From Felis catus (lineage: Eukaryota): a stretch of 64,000 nucleotides of DNA. Below the pieces are notes generated by a model. That model did not search any database, was not told where the DNA came from, and was given only the letters and a program-made list of their open reading frames with translations. The stretch covers positions 121,770,001 through 121,834,000 of the forward strand of contig NC_058368.1 in NCBI RefSeq assembly GCF_018350175.1, read 5' to 3'. This document shows, piece after piece, positions 51,431 through 64,000 of the stretch (positions are counted from its first letter, which is position 1; each line of letters opens with the position of its first letter). Position numbers and translations under genes: made by a program.

Positions 51431-53873
51431 TGTGCAGCACTTTCTAAGTGACATGACACTATTATACAATTTGAAAGCTGAACCCATAGCAAAATGAAAG
51501 TACCTTCAATTTAAATCAGTTGTCTGACATGTAACATTAAATTAAAAGTTGTCAAAAGGAAGATTTGTTTAAATTTTATTTTCATTTCAATATAGTTAAC
51601 ATACAGTGTTATGTTTTGGGTGTATAATATAGTGATTCAACAGTTCTGTACATCACCTGGTGCTTAACACAGCAAGTGCATTCCTTAATCCTAATGCCTT
51701 ATTCCACCCATTCCTGACCCACCTCCCCTCTGGTAAACATCAGTTTGTTCTTGGTAATTAAGAGTCTCTTTCTTGGCCTCTTTCTCTTAATGTTTTTTCC
51801 TTGCTTGTTTGTTCCACATAGGAATGCAATCATATGGTATTTGTCTTTCTCTAACTGACATATTTCACTTGGTGTTATGCTCTCTAGCTCCATTCATGTC
51901 ATTGCAAATGGCAAGATATCAATCTTTTTTTATGGCTGAATAATATTCCTCTCCAACACTTGTTTCTTGTATTTTTGATTTTAGCCATTCTGGCAGTTGT
52001 GACGTGATAGCTCATTGTGGTTTTGATTTGAATTTCCCTGATAAGTGATGTTGAGAGTCTTTTCATGTGTCTGTTGGCCATCTGATGTCTTTGGAGAAAT
52101 GTCTGTTCATGTTTTCTGCCCATTTTTAAATCAGATTATTTGTTTTATGGGTGTTGAGTTGTATAAGGTATTTATGTATTCTGGATACTAACCCCTTATT
52201 ATTGGATATATCATTTGCAATTATCTTGTCCCATTCCATAGGTTGCCTTTTAGTTTTGCTGATTGTTTCTTCTGCTGTGCAGGTTTTCATTTTGATGTAA
52301 TTCCAATAGTATACTTTTGCTTTTATTTCCCTTGCCTCAGGAGACCTATCTAGAAAAATGTTACTGAAACTAGTGCCAAAGAAATTACTGCCTATGTTTT
52401 CTTTTAGGAATTCCATGGGTTCAAGTCTCCTATTGAGGTCTTTATTCAATTTTGAGTTGATTTTTGTGTATGGTGTAAGAAAGTGGTTCAACTTCATTCT
52501 TACGTATGTAGCTGTTCCCAGGTTTTCTGGCATCATTTGTTGAACAGACCATCTTTTTTCCCATTGGATATTCTTGCCTTTTTTGTTGTAGACTCAGTGA
52601 CCATAATAGCATGGGTTTACTTCTGGGATTACTATTGTATTCTGTTGATACATGTGTCTGTTTTTGTGCCAGTACCAAACTGTTTTAATCACTAAAACCT
52701 GGTAGTATGTTTTGAAATATAGGATTGTGATACCTGTAGCTTTGTTCTTTCTCAAGATGGCTTTGGATTTCTGGGGTCTTGGTGATTCCATACAAACTTT
52801 AGGATAATTTGTTCTAATTTGGCAAAAAATGCTATTGGTGTTTTGATGGGGGTTGCATTGAATATGTAGATTGTTGTGGGTAATGTGTATATTTTTAACA
52901 GCATTCTTCCAATTCATGAGTATGGAATATCTTTCCATTTGTGTTGTCTTCAATTCCTTTCATTGATGTTTTATAGTTTTCAGAATGCAAGTTTTTGTTT
53001 TGTTTTGTTTTTTACCTCCATACGTTTATTCCTAAGTATTTTATTTTTTTGGTGCAATTGTAAATGGAGATGTTTTCTCTTTCTGTTACTTCTTTACTAG
53101 TCTATAGAAAGGTGACTGATGTCCACGCATTAATTTTATATCCTGCAACTTTACTGTAACCATTTATTCACATAATCTTTTGGTGGAGTCTTGAGGGTTT
53201 GCTGTGTATGGTATCATATCCTCTACCAATAGTGACAGTTTTACTTCTTCATTACCAATTTGGATGCCTCTAACTTTGTCTTGTATGATTACTCTGGCTA
53301 GGAATTGTAGTATTGTGTTGATCAAAAGTGGCAGGAGTGGACATCCTTGTTTTATTCCTGATCTCAGATAAAAACCCCTCAGTTTTTCTCCATGGAGAAT
53401 TATGTTAACAGTGAGTTTGTTATAAATGGACTATGTTATGTTGAGGTATTGATGTTTTCTCATAAAAGGATGTTGAATTTTGTGAAATGGTTTTTCTGCA
53501 TCTATTGAGATGATCATATGATTTTTATCCTTTGTTTTGTTAATGTTGATTGATTTGCAAATGTTGAACCATTCTTGCATCCCTGGAATAAATTCCACTT
53601 GACAGTGGTGAAAGATCCTTTTAATGCATTGATAAATGTGGTTTGCTAATATTTTGTTGAGGATATTTGCATCTACGTCCATTAGGGATATTGGCCTACA
53701 GTTTTCTTTTTTCATGGTGTCTTTGGTTTTGGTATCAGGGTAATGCTGGCCTGGTAGAATGTATTTGGAAGCTTCCCTCCCCTTCACCTCCTTTTCTCCT
53801 CTTCTCTCCCCCCTCTCACACCCTCTCCCCTCCCCAAGTAGTTAACAAGAGAATAAGTATCAACTCTTCTTTA

Positions 53874-54088
53874 TTTAAATATAATTTATTGTCAAATTGG
53901 CTTCCATACAACACTCAGTGCTCATCCTAACAAGTGCCCTCCTCAATGCCCATCACCCACTTTCCCCTCTTCCCCACCTCCTATCAACCCTCAGTTTGGG
54001 TTGCCTCTCTCCCTCTCTGTTTGTAACTACTTTTTCTCCCTTACCCTCCCCCTGGTCTTCTGTTAAGTTTCTCAAGATCCACATATGA
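53874..54088 (-). mobile_element. Short feline L1 3'-end insertion inside the older L1
   Basis: ttattgtcaaattggcttccatacaacac 3'UTR; about 23-bp TSD gaata(a/c)gtat(c/t)aactcttcttta. Confidence 0.85.
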
Positions 54089-54399
54089 GAATACGTATTA
54101 ACTCTTCTTTAAATGCTTGGTAGACTTCACTTGTGAATCCATCTGGTCCCGGACATTTGTTTGTTGAGTTTTGAAATTAACAAGTCAATTTTTTACTAAT
54201 AATCGGTCTGTTCAGATTTTCTATTTCTTTCTGAATCATATTTGGAAGATTGTATGTTTCTGGAATTTATCTATTTTTGCAAGGTTGTCCAATTTTTTGG
54301 TATATGGTTTTTCATAGTAGTCTGTTGCAATCTTTCATGTTTCTATGGTGTTGGTTGCTACATCTCCTCCTTTATCATTTTCTTTATTGGGGTGTCTTT

Positions 54400-54607
54400 C
54401 TTTTTTTTTTTTAATTCTTTAATGTTTACAGAGAGACCTAGCACGAGCAGGGGAGGGGCAGAGAGAGATGGAGACACAGAATCTGAAACAGGCTCCAGGC
54501 TCTGAGCTCTCAGCACAGAGCCCGACGCGGGGCTTGAACCCACAAACTATGAGATCATGACCTGAGCCAGTCAGACACTTAATCTACTGAGCCACCCAGG
54601 CGCCCCC
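54400..54607 (-). mobile_element. Can-SINE
   Basis: Full head ...ccacccaggcgcccc. Confidence 0.9.
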
Positions 54608-55459
54608 TGGGGAGTCTCTTTCTTCTTGATAAGTCGGGGAAAAGGCTTATTGAATTTGTTTATGTTTTTAAAGAACTAGTTCTTGCTTTTATTCATCTCT
54701 TATGTTTTTTGTCTTTATGTCATTTATTTCTACTCTGATCTTCCTTATTTCCTTCCTTCTACTAACCTTGAACTTTGTTTGTTCTTCTTTTACTAGCTCC
54801 TTTAGATGTAAGGTTACATTGTTCGAACTTTTTCTTGTTTCTTGTATTGTTTTCTTGTTTCTTGTATTGTTATAAATTTCTGTTTTAGAACTGCTTTCAC
54901 TGTGTTGCAAATATTTTGAATTGTTGTGTTTTTATATTTATTTGTCTCCATGTGGTTTTTTGTTTGCTCTTTTATTTACTTATAGACCTGTTGGTTGTTA
55001 GTAGCATGTTGTTTAGACTCCACTTGTTTGTGATTTTTCCGGTTATAGTACTGTGATTGATTTCTAATTTTACACTGTTATGGTTGGAAAAGGGGCGTAA
55101 TGTCATTTCAATCTTCTTAAATTTGGGATTTGTTTTATGGCCTGATATGTGACCTATCCTGTAGAATCTTCTATGTACACTTCAAAAGAATGTGTGTTGT
55201 GTTGGTTTTCAATGAAATGTTCTGTATATATCTTTTAAGTCCATATGGTGTAATGTGTCACTTAGTGACACTGTTTCCTTATTGATTTTCTGCCTGAATG
55301 ACCTAACCATTGATGAAGTAGGATATTAAAGGCCTCTACTATTACTGTATTAGTGTCAGTTTCTCCCTTTATGTCTGTTAAAATTTTTTTATGTATTTAG
55401 GTGTTCCCCTGTTGTATGTATAGACATTTACAATTGTTAGGTTCTGTGTTGGATTTTCT

Positions 55460-55681
55460 TTTTTTTTAAATTTTTTTTTTAACATTTATTTATTTTTGAG
55501 ACAGAGAGAGACAGAGCATGAACGGGGGAGGGGCAGAGAGAGAGGGAGACACAGAATCGGAAGCAGGCTCCAGGCTCTGAGCCATCAGCCCAGAGCCCGA
55601 CGCGGCTCGAACTCACGGTCTGTGAGATCGTGACCTGAGCTGAAGTTGGACGCTCAACCGACTGAGCCACCCAGGCGCCCC
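55460..55681 (-). mobile_element. Young Can-SINE
   Basis: TSD ggattttcttt. Confidence 0.95.
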
Positions 55682-56741
55682 AGGATTTTCTTTATCATTA
55701 TGTAATCATTATATATCATTATGTATCATTATGTAATGCACTTCAATTTGCATAGAAAATATTTTCCATCCTTTCCATCCTTTTTTAAATGTTTATTTAA
55801 TTTAACAGACAGAGACAGAGGTGAATGGGGGAGGGGCAGAGAGTAGTTTATAGGAGTATTTAGACCATTTATATGTAAAGTAATTATTAACAGGCATTTA
55901 CTGGTCACCATTTTGTTGATTGTTTTCTGGATGTTTGTAGTTCTCTGTTCCTTTCTTCTTTCCTTTTGACTTTCTTTTGTGTTGGGCTTAGTTTTCTTTC
56001 TTTATTTTCATTCTTTCTTTGTTGTTGTGATTTTTTTGAGTGTATATATATATATGTATAGTTCTTTATATTAATATAATTTATTAGTTCTTTATATATA
56101 TTAATATAACTTATTGTCAAATTGGCTTCCGTACAACACTCAGTGCTCATCTCAACAAGTGCCCTCCTCAATGCCCATCACCCACTTTCCCCTCTTCCTT
56201 CCCCATCAAGCCTCCCTCCTTCTCTGTAACTTTTTTATTTTCCCCTTCCCTTCCCCCATGGTCTTCTGTTAGGTTTCTCAAGATCCACACATGAGTGAAA
56301 ACATATGGTATCTGTCTTTCTTTGACTGACTTATTTCACTTACCATAATACCCTCCAGTTCTATCCACATTGCTGCAAATGGCAGGATTTCATTCTTTCT
56401 CATTCATCTCTTTCTTATGTGGTACATATAAACCACATCTTCTTTATCCATTCATCAGTTGATGGACATTTAGGCTCTTTCCATAATTTGGCTATTGTTG
56501 AAAACAGTGCTATAAACACTGGGGTACATGTACCCCTATGCATCAACACTTCTGTATCCTCTGGGTAAATTCCTAGCAGTGTTACTGCTGGGTCATAGGG
56601 TAGTTCTATTTTTAATTTCTTGAGGAACCTCCACACTGTTTTCCAGAGAGGGTGCACCAGTTTGCATTCCCACCAACAGTGCAAGAGGGTTCCCGTTTCT
56701 CCACATCCTCTCCAGCATTTATAGTCTACTGATTTGTTCAT

Positions 56742-56966
56742 TTTTTTTTTTTAATTTTTTTTTTAACGTTTATTTATTTTTGGGACAGAGAGAGACAGAG
56801 CATGAACAGGGGAGGGGCAGAGAGAGAGGGAGACACAGAATCGGAAACAGGCTCCAGGCTCCGAGCCATCAGCCCAGAGCCCGACGCGGGGCTCGAACTC
56901 ACGGACCGCGAGATCGTGACCTGGCTGAAATCGGACGCTTAACCGACTGCGCCACCCAGGCGCCCC
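56742..56966 (-). mobile_element. Young SINEC_Fc-type SINE within the younger L1
   Basis: TSD tgatttgttcatttt; CpGs intact. Confidence 0.95.
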
Positions 56967-59900
56967 TGATTTGTTCATTTTAACCACTGACGGGTGTGAG
57001 GTGGTATCTCAGTGTGGCTGTGACTTGTATTTCCCTGATGATGAGTGATGTTGAGCATCATTTCATGTGTCTGTTGGCCATCTGGACATCTTCTTTGGAA
57101 AAGTGTCTATTCATGTCTTCTGCCCATTTCTTCACTGGATTACTTTTTGGGTGTGGAGTTTGAGTTCTTTATAGATTTTGGATATTAGCCCTTTATCTGA
57201 TCTGTCATTTGCAGATATCTTTTCCCATTCCATCAGTTGCCTTTTAGTTTTGTTGATTGTTTCCTCTGCAGTGCAGAAGCTTTTTATCTTGATGAGGTCC
57301 CAATAGTTCATTTTTGCTTATAATTCCCTTGCCTTTGGAGATGTGTCAAGTAAGAAATTGCTTCAGCTGAGGTCAGAAAGGTTTTTTACTGCTTTCTCCT
57401 CTAGGGTTTTAATGGCTTCCTGTCTCACATTCAGGTCTTTGATCCATTTTGGGTTTATTTTTGTGAATGGTGTAAAAAAGTGGTCTAGTTTCAATCTTCA
57501 TGTTGCTATCCGGTTCTTCCAGCACCATTTGTTAAGGGACTGTCTTTTCTCCATTGGATATTTTTTCCTGCTTGGTCAAAGATAAATTGGCCATACATTT
57601 ATGGGTCCAGTTCTGGGTTCTGTATTCTATTCCATTCGTCCATGTGTCTGTTTCTGTGCCAATACCATACTGTCTTGATGATTACAGCTTTGTAGTAGAG
57701 GCTAAAGTCTGGGATTGTGATGCCTCCCACTTTGGTTTTCTTCTTCAACATTATTTTGGCTACTCAGGGTCTTCTGTGGTTCCATACAAATTTTAGGATC
57801 ATTTGTTCTAGCTTTGAAAGAATGCCAGTGCAATGTTGATTGGGATTTCATTGAATGTGTAGATTGATTTGGGTAGTATTGACATTTTAACAACATTTAT
57901 TCTTCCAATCCATGAGCATGGGATATTTTTCCATTTCTTTGTGTCTTCTTCAATTCCCTTCATAAGCTTTCTATAGTTTTCAGCATACAGACCTTCTATA
58001 TCTTTGGTTAGATTTATTCCTGGGTATTTTATGGTTCTTGGTGCAATTGTAAATGGGGTCAGTTTCTTTATTTCTCTGTTGCTTCATTATTGGTTTATAA
58101 AAATGCAACATATTTCTGTACATTGATTTGGTACCCTGTGACTTTGCTGAATTCACATATGAGTTCTAGCAGACTTTTGGTGGAGTCTGTTGGGCTTTCC
58201 AGGTTGTTGTCTGGGAAAAGTGAAAGTTTGACTTCTTTGCTAATTGTGATGCCTTTTATTTCATTTTGTTGTCTGATTGCTGATGCTAGGACTTCCAACA
58301 CTATGTTCAACAACAGCAGTGAGAGTGGACATCCCTGTCGTGTTCCTGATTTCAGGGGAAAAGCTTTCAGTTTTCCCCACTGAGGATGATATTGGCTGTG
58401 GGCTTTTCATAAATGGCTTTATGATGTTTAAGTATGTTCCTTCTATCCCGACTTTCTCGAGGGCTTTTATTAAGAAAGTATGCTGTATTTTATCAAATGC
58501 TTTTTCTGCATCTATTGACAGGATCATATGGTTCTCATCCTTTCTTTTATTAATGTGATGTATCACATTGATTGCTTTGTGAATATTGAACCAGCTCTGC
58601 AGCCCAGGAATGAGTCCCACTTGATCATGATGAATAATTCTTTTTATATGCTGTTGAATTCGATTTGCTAGTGTCTTGTTGAGAATTTTTGCATCCATAT
58701 TCATCAGGGATGTTGGCCTGTAGATTTCCCTTTTTTTGTTGAGTCTCTGTCTGGTTTGGGAATCAAAGTAATGCTGGCTTCATAGAATGAGTCCAGAAGT
58801 TTTCCTTCCATTTCTTTTTTTCGAAAAGCTTGAGAAGGATAGGTATTAACTCTGCTTTAAATGTCTGATAGAATTCCCCAGGGAAGCCATCTGGTCTAGA
58901 ACTCTTACTTGTTGGGAGATTTTTGATAACTGATGGAATTTCTTCACTAGTTATGGGTCTGTTCAGATTTTCTATTTCTTCTTGTTTGAGTTTTGGTAGT
59001 GTGTGGGTGTTGAGTAATTCGTCCCATTTCTTCCAGGTTGTCCAGTTTGTTGGCATATAATTTTTATAGTATTCCCTGATAATTACTTGTATTTCTGAGG
59101 CATTGGTTGTAATAAATACATTTTCATTCGTGCTTTTATCTATTTGGGTCTTCTCTTTTTTTTGAGAAGTGTAGCTAGAAGTGTATGAATTTTGTTTATG
59201 TTTTCAAAAAAATCAACTCTTAGTTTCATTGATCTGTTCGACAGTTTTTTTTTTTTGATTCTATATTGTTTATTTCTGCCCTGATCTTTACTATTTCTCC
59301 TCCTCTGCTGGGCTTGGGGTTTCTTTGTTGTTCTGCTTTTGTTCCTTCAGGTGTGCTGTTAGATTTCGTATTTGGGATTTTTTTTTGTTTCTTGAAATAG
59401 GCCTGTATTGCAATGTATTTTCCTCTTAGGACTGCCTTTGCTGCATCCCAAAGGGTTTTGCTTGTTGTGTTTTCATTTTTATCTGTTCCCATATATTTTT
59501 AAATTTCTTATTTAATTGCCTGGTTAACCCATTCATTATTTAGTAGGATGCTCTTTAACCTCCATGCATTTGGAGGTTTTCCAAACTTTTTCCTGTGGTT
59601 GATTTCAAGTTTCATAACACTGTGATCTGAAAATGTGCATGGTATGATCTCATTTATTTTAGATTTATTGAGGGCTGTTTTGTGACCCAGTATGTTACCT
59701 ATTTGGAGAATGTTCCATGTACACTTGAGAAGAAAGTGTATTCTCCTTCAAGATGTAGAGTTCTAAATATATCTGTCAAGTCCATCTGATCCAGTGTATC
59801 ATTCAGGGCCACTGTTTCTTTATTGATTTTTTTTTTCTTTCTAGATGATCTGTCCATTGTTGTAAGTGGAGTATTAAAGTCCCCTGCAATTAGCACATTC

Positions 59901-60794
59901 TTACCAACAAGACTGCTTATGTTTGTGATTAATTGTTTTATATATTTGGGTGCCTCCGAATTCAGTGCATAGATATTTATAATTGTTAGCTCTTCCTGAT
60001 GGATAGACCCTGTAATTATTATCTAACGCCCTTCTTCATCTCTTGTTACAAACTTTAGTTTAAAATCTAGTTTTTCTGATATAAATATGGCTATTCCAGG
60101 TTTCTTTTGACTTCCAGTAGCCTGATAGATAGTTCTCCATCCCCTCACTTTCAATCTGAAGGTGTACTCAGGTCTAAAATGGGTCTCTTGTAGACAGAAA
60201 GATAATGATCAACTCCTTCAGTTTTTGTTTGGGAAAACAAATCACTGTGCTGTGGCTGCCTCCATTTTATTTTGCACTAAATTTGTAGCATTTTTAAATT
60301 TATCATTACTGTTTTTTAGTTCCTTGATCACTGCAGCAATAGATTCTGTGCTGTCTTCTATGCGTTTTTCAAGTCCAGTGATTAATCCTATGACTGTTAT
60401 TCTAAAATCTTGTTCATTTATATTGTTTATGTCTGTTTTGATCAATTCTTCAGCTATTGTTTCTTCTTGGAAATTCTTGAGGAGAATTCTTCAGTTTCAT
60501 AATTTTTGCTAGTTTTCTGTCTCTTACGTGTTTTAAAAGCTAATTTTGTGCTTGGCACCAGTGAGCACTGCTATATTAAAGGGAGGTCATACACTGTCCA
60601 GGGCCTGGCCCTTCAGGAGGTATTTTTTGGAGAGTGTTACTTGCTGTATGTTGTTATGACTTTGGTTATTTTATTTCCCTACTTGTAGTGATGTTTTGGA
60701 CCCTCCACCTGGTGTGCTTTGATTTGTTCCTTGAAGTAGTCCTGAAAAGGAAAAGAAACAGGAAACAAACCAACACACACACAAACAAACAAAA

Positions 60795-60827
<33 letters not shown>

Positions 60828-60986
60828 GAAAAAGGAAAAACAAGCCAAAAACCAGAAATATCAGCTTACAAGTAAAGAACAGGGTGGAGGCAGTGCTGAT
60901 GGAAGAGCACATACAAAGAGAAATGACAGGGGAGGGGGAAAAAGAAAAAAATAAACATTGACCAGGCAGAGAGACTAAAAGGCTTA

Positions 60987-60989
<3 letters not shown>

Positions 60990-61038
<49 letters not shown>
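60990..61038. repeat. (GA)n microsatellite in the L1 5' region
   Basis: Direct read. Confidence 0.9.
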
Positions 61039-61047
<9 letters not shown>

Positions 61048-63794
61048 TAAAGAAGGAGGTGGGGGAAAAAGGAAAGATAAAGTTGCCCACACAGAGAAAC
61101 TATAGGGCTTAATTATTTCAGAGATAGAGAAAGGAGAATAAAGAAGGAGATGTGGAACATGTATGAAGAGAATGGATTAAATACGTCTACTTAAACAAAC
61201 CAACAACCAGAGTAATCGGACTAGAGGACGGAAGAGATGAGAAGGAGCAAAGGAAGGAAGGAAAAATATATCTAAATAACAAGAATTGTCTGAGAATTGA
61301 ACCAGGCAATGAAGCAGCGCTGGTCTGGAGGAGGCGTCCAGCCTGGTTCCGCAGTGTCTGTCCTGCTCCAGTTACCTGGCACAGAGGGGCATAGTTTGGT
61401 GTGGGTGGATCCCGCTTCCACTAGGGGCCCCACAGACAAATCCCTGAGGCCCCAATTTAGTGGTGATGGGGAGAAAAATGACGACATCCCAGTCTCTTCT
61501 CCAAGGACACGGGGTCCCAAATCACTCCATTGGAGCTGTCCCCACTGTGCCACGGGCACAGACTGGGTGGAGTGTCTCACTCTGCTGACTCCTGAGCACT
61601 GGTGCTTGGCTGGGATTCAAACTTCCGCTCTGTGTGCCCTGGTACTGGGGAAGGGTAGCTCCATGCCACCCAATATGTGGACCCTGGACAAGCTTTGTCC
61701 CATTAGGCAGCACTCCAGGGAGGGGATTGCTTTCTCCTACTGTGGACTGCGCCCCTGACCTAGCCACTGAGCCCGGGGCTGGCTCCTCTCCTCTCCAGGT
61801 GTACGAACAGGGCAGCTGGCCCCAGTCCAAAGAAAGCCCCGCAGTTAGAGATTGGATTTTCACTGTCCAGGTTTGAGGTTTTTCTCTTGTCCCAGTATAG
61901 TCCTATGCTTCCCCAGCCACTCTTTCTCTTCCCTCTGTCTCTCTGCAGAAAGGGATACCTCCCCTCCATTGTATTCTCTCTTCCAGTTTGCGGTCACGCA
62001 CCTATGGCTCATCAGGTTGTCCCAGTGTATCCCTGGGACAGGGACTCAGTCTCTTTTCCTCCCAGATTCTTGGGTTTCAAAGTCCTTTGGCTTCAACCCT
62101 TCTTTGTTTGAGAGCTCTTTTTAAAAAATTTTTGTGTGTATCTGTTAAAGGCTTGGGGTTTGTAGTTGCCATGAGGTTCATATAAAACAATCCTTATGTT
62201 CCTCTTGTTTGGATCTCTATGTGCTTCCTGAACCTAGATGTCTGTTTCATTTCTCAGGTTGGGAAGTTTTCAGTTGTTATTTTTTCAAATAGGTTTTCTC
62301 ACCCTTTCTCTGTAATCTCTGTGCCCAGTGTGAGGCTCAAACTCCTGACAATGAGATTAAGTCACATGCTGTACTAACTGAGCCAGCCAGGTGCCTATAT
62401 TCTCATTTTTAAAATTATTTTTTCTTTTCGTTATTCTTCTTGAGTGCTTTCCCTGACTGGAGCAGAGGAAGACCACTGGCCAGTGAGGGCCTAGGGTGCT
62501 CCATGTAGGGAGTACCCTGGTGGGGCAGCTGGAGCCAAAGTAGTGCAGGCCTGGAGTGTTTGGGTTCTTTGCAATCATTGAAGAGTGATGAGACTCTTGG
62601 AGTTGTAGTGAGCACTGACCAGGGGTGTCCTTATGTGCACCGCCCTGGGGCCACCTTGGTGGGAAGGCTTGAGATGGTGTGGGTAAGGGGCTAGGCTCAC
62701 TGAAGTATCAGGCTGGCAAGGGTGCCCAAACCCTGCTATTATCTGTACTATCAAGGTGGAGGGGGAACATAAACTGTACTGCTTGCTAGCCCCGTGGACC
62801 TAGAGAGAATTCCAGCAGCTTCCTCACTATTTGGCAGGGTTTTCTGGCTAGTTCCTTTATATTCTAGCTGCTTTTTTACTCTCTGGCTTTTTTTCCCCTC
62901 TTTTCCCTAGAGCATCCAGGGCTAGTGTGGGCTAGCGGCCTGGAGCTCGCTTAGGTGGGAGACTGGCCATGGCACCTAGAATGTGCTCTGGCTGGCACTA
63001 TGGAGGTGAACAGGGAACATAAACCATTATCTTCACCAGCCTCTCAGACCCACAGAAAGTTCCAGCAGCTACTTGGCTATTTTGGGGAAAAAAACCTGTA
63101 TCTTTTTTTTGTGCACCAGGTCAGACAAATCTCACGGTCCCTCAGTACTGTCCTTCCCCACTGCAATTGGCTGCATCAGGAAGAGAGGGGTTCCCCTTCA
63201 TTACTGTCCCTTTGTCTCTCTTGCCTTTCTGGGCTACCCAGGCACCCCTGTGGTCTCTCTATTTTTTTTTTTTTTTTTGCTATGTAGAAGCTGTTCAGCC
63301 AGCCCTCAGTTCTTCTTCAGGAGGAATTTCTCTATAAATAGCTGTAGATTTAGTATATTCATAGAGGCAGTAAGTTCAGGGTCTTCCCATGTCACCATCT
63401 TGATCCAGAAACTCCACTTTTTAAACTGCATAAAGTTACTGTGATATGGTAATTCCATGGATGAGATGTGAAGTATTATACATGGATAGCTACGAATGTG
63501 GAGTTTGAATCCTGTCTCCATGTCTCCCAATTCCAAATGGAGACCTAAGCACTGAGGTTACTGGGGGAACCTCAGTGGAGAAACATAATGAATTCAGTCT
63601 GAGATGACCTAGAGAAGGCTTCATTTGTAGCATTTGAAGTAGAACTTGAAGGATTTTCTATTGATGCTGTTGGTTGCCTTTTTAAAAGCCATTTCTTGCT
63701 TGTTTTTTGCTGAAAGCATCCTATTTTTTTTTTTTTTGAAGAATCTATCCTTTGTCAGTGTGACTCACAAATTTATTCTGATTTACTTAATTTG

Positions 63795-64000
63795 TAGGAT
63801 GGCAAACAGCCAAATCCAGTGTAACTGTTGTTTTGTAAATAAAGTTTATTAGGATGAGTCACTCATGGGTTTATGCTTTGTCTATGGCTACTTTGCACTA
63901 CAGAGGCAGAGCAGAATGGTTGTAATAGAGCCCACATAGCCCACAAACCCTAAAATATTGGTTATCTGGCCCTTTACAGAAAAAAAATTGTTGACATCTG
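63795..64000. mobile_element. MER58A-like hAT MITE
   Basis: ttttgtaaataaagtttatt...tgtctatggctactttgcactaca...tatctggccctttacagaaaaa. Confidence 0.8.

Larger units (their letters stand above)
56070..62125 (-). mobile_element. Younger feline L1, near full span but defective (ORF2 broken, most of ORF1 deleted)
   Basis: 3'UTR at about 56110; RT (58261-58704); endonuclease remnant (GDFNTPL, 59699-59896); ORF1 N-terminus (60242-60445); purine/microsatellite tract and GC-richer 5'UTR. Confidence 0.9.
51564..63415 (-). mobile_element. Older carnivore L1 (51564 to about 56060, and about 62126-63415) hosting nested insertions
   Basis: 3'UTR at 51564; ORF2 remnants including RT ([17 protein letters not shown]) at 53431-53787; host resumes after 62125 and ends ...gtcaccatcttg. 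Confidence 0.85.

Noticed and set aside
61272..61876. Overlapping ORFs in a GC-richer region as a host gene or promoter
   Set aside because: The region lies within the L1 5'UTR and has no recognisable protein motif.
56070..62125. Active full-length L1
   Set aside because: ORF2 is fragmented into many short ORFs, it contains a SINE insertion, and ORF1 is largely deleted.

Overview
This is felid (cat-lineage) nuclear DNA, identified by about 34 Can-SINE copies, including young CpG-rich SINEC_Fc-type copies, and by cat/carnivore L1s. I recognise no host protein-coding exon; the ORF track is almost entirely retroelement remnants and chance ORFs. The most notable element is a 5.36 kb degenerate class I (gamma-like, ERV3/HERV-E-related) provirus at 39817-45178 (+). 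It has both LTRs, a 4-bp CTAT target-site duplication (TSD), a degenerate tRNA-Pro primer-binding site, gag, a truncated protease joined directly to an ERV3-like env, and no RT/RNaseH/integrase. Other content: two large L1 complexes (21815-28985 and 51564-63415, the latter with nested younger L1s), a twin-primed inverted L1, a solo ERV1-type LTR, MaLR LTRs, hAT transposon relics, MIR/L2 relics and microsatellites. A SINE fragment at 28851-28952 appears to have been copied locally from a neighbouring SINE during repair. L1s and SINEs lie mostly on the minus strand, suggesting (by inference) a long intron of a + strand gene. Subfamily names are by-eye recognition, and boundaries of old elements are approximate. 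I found no convincing new biological system.
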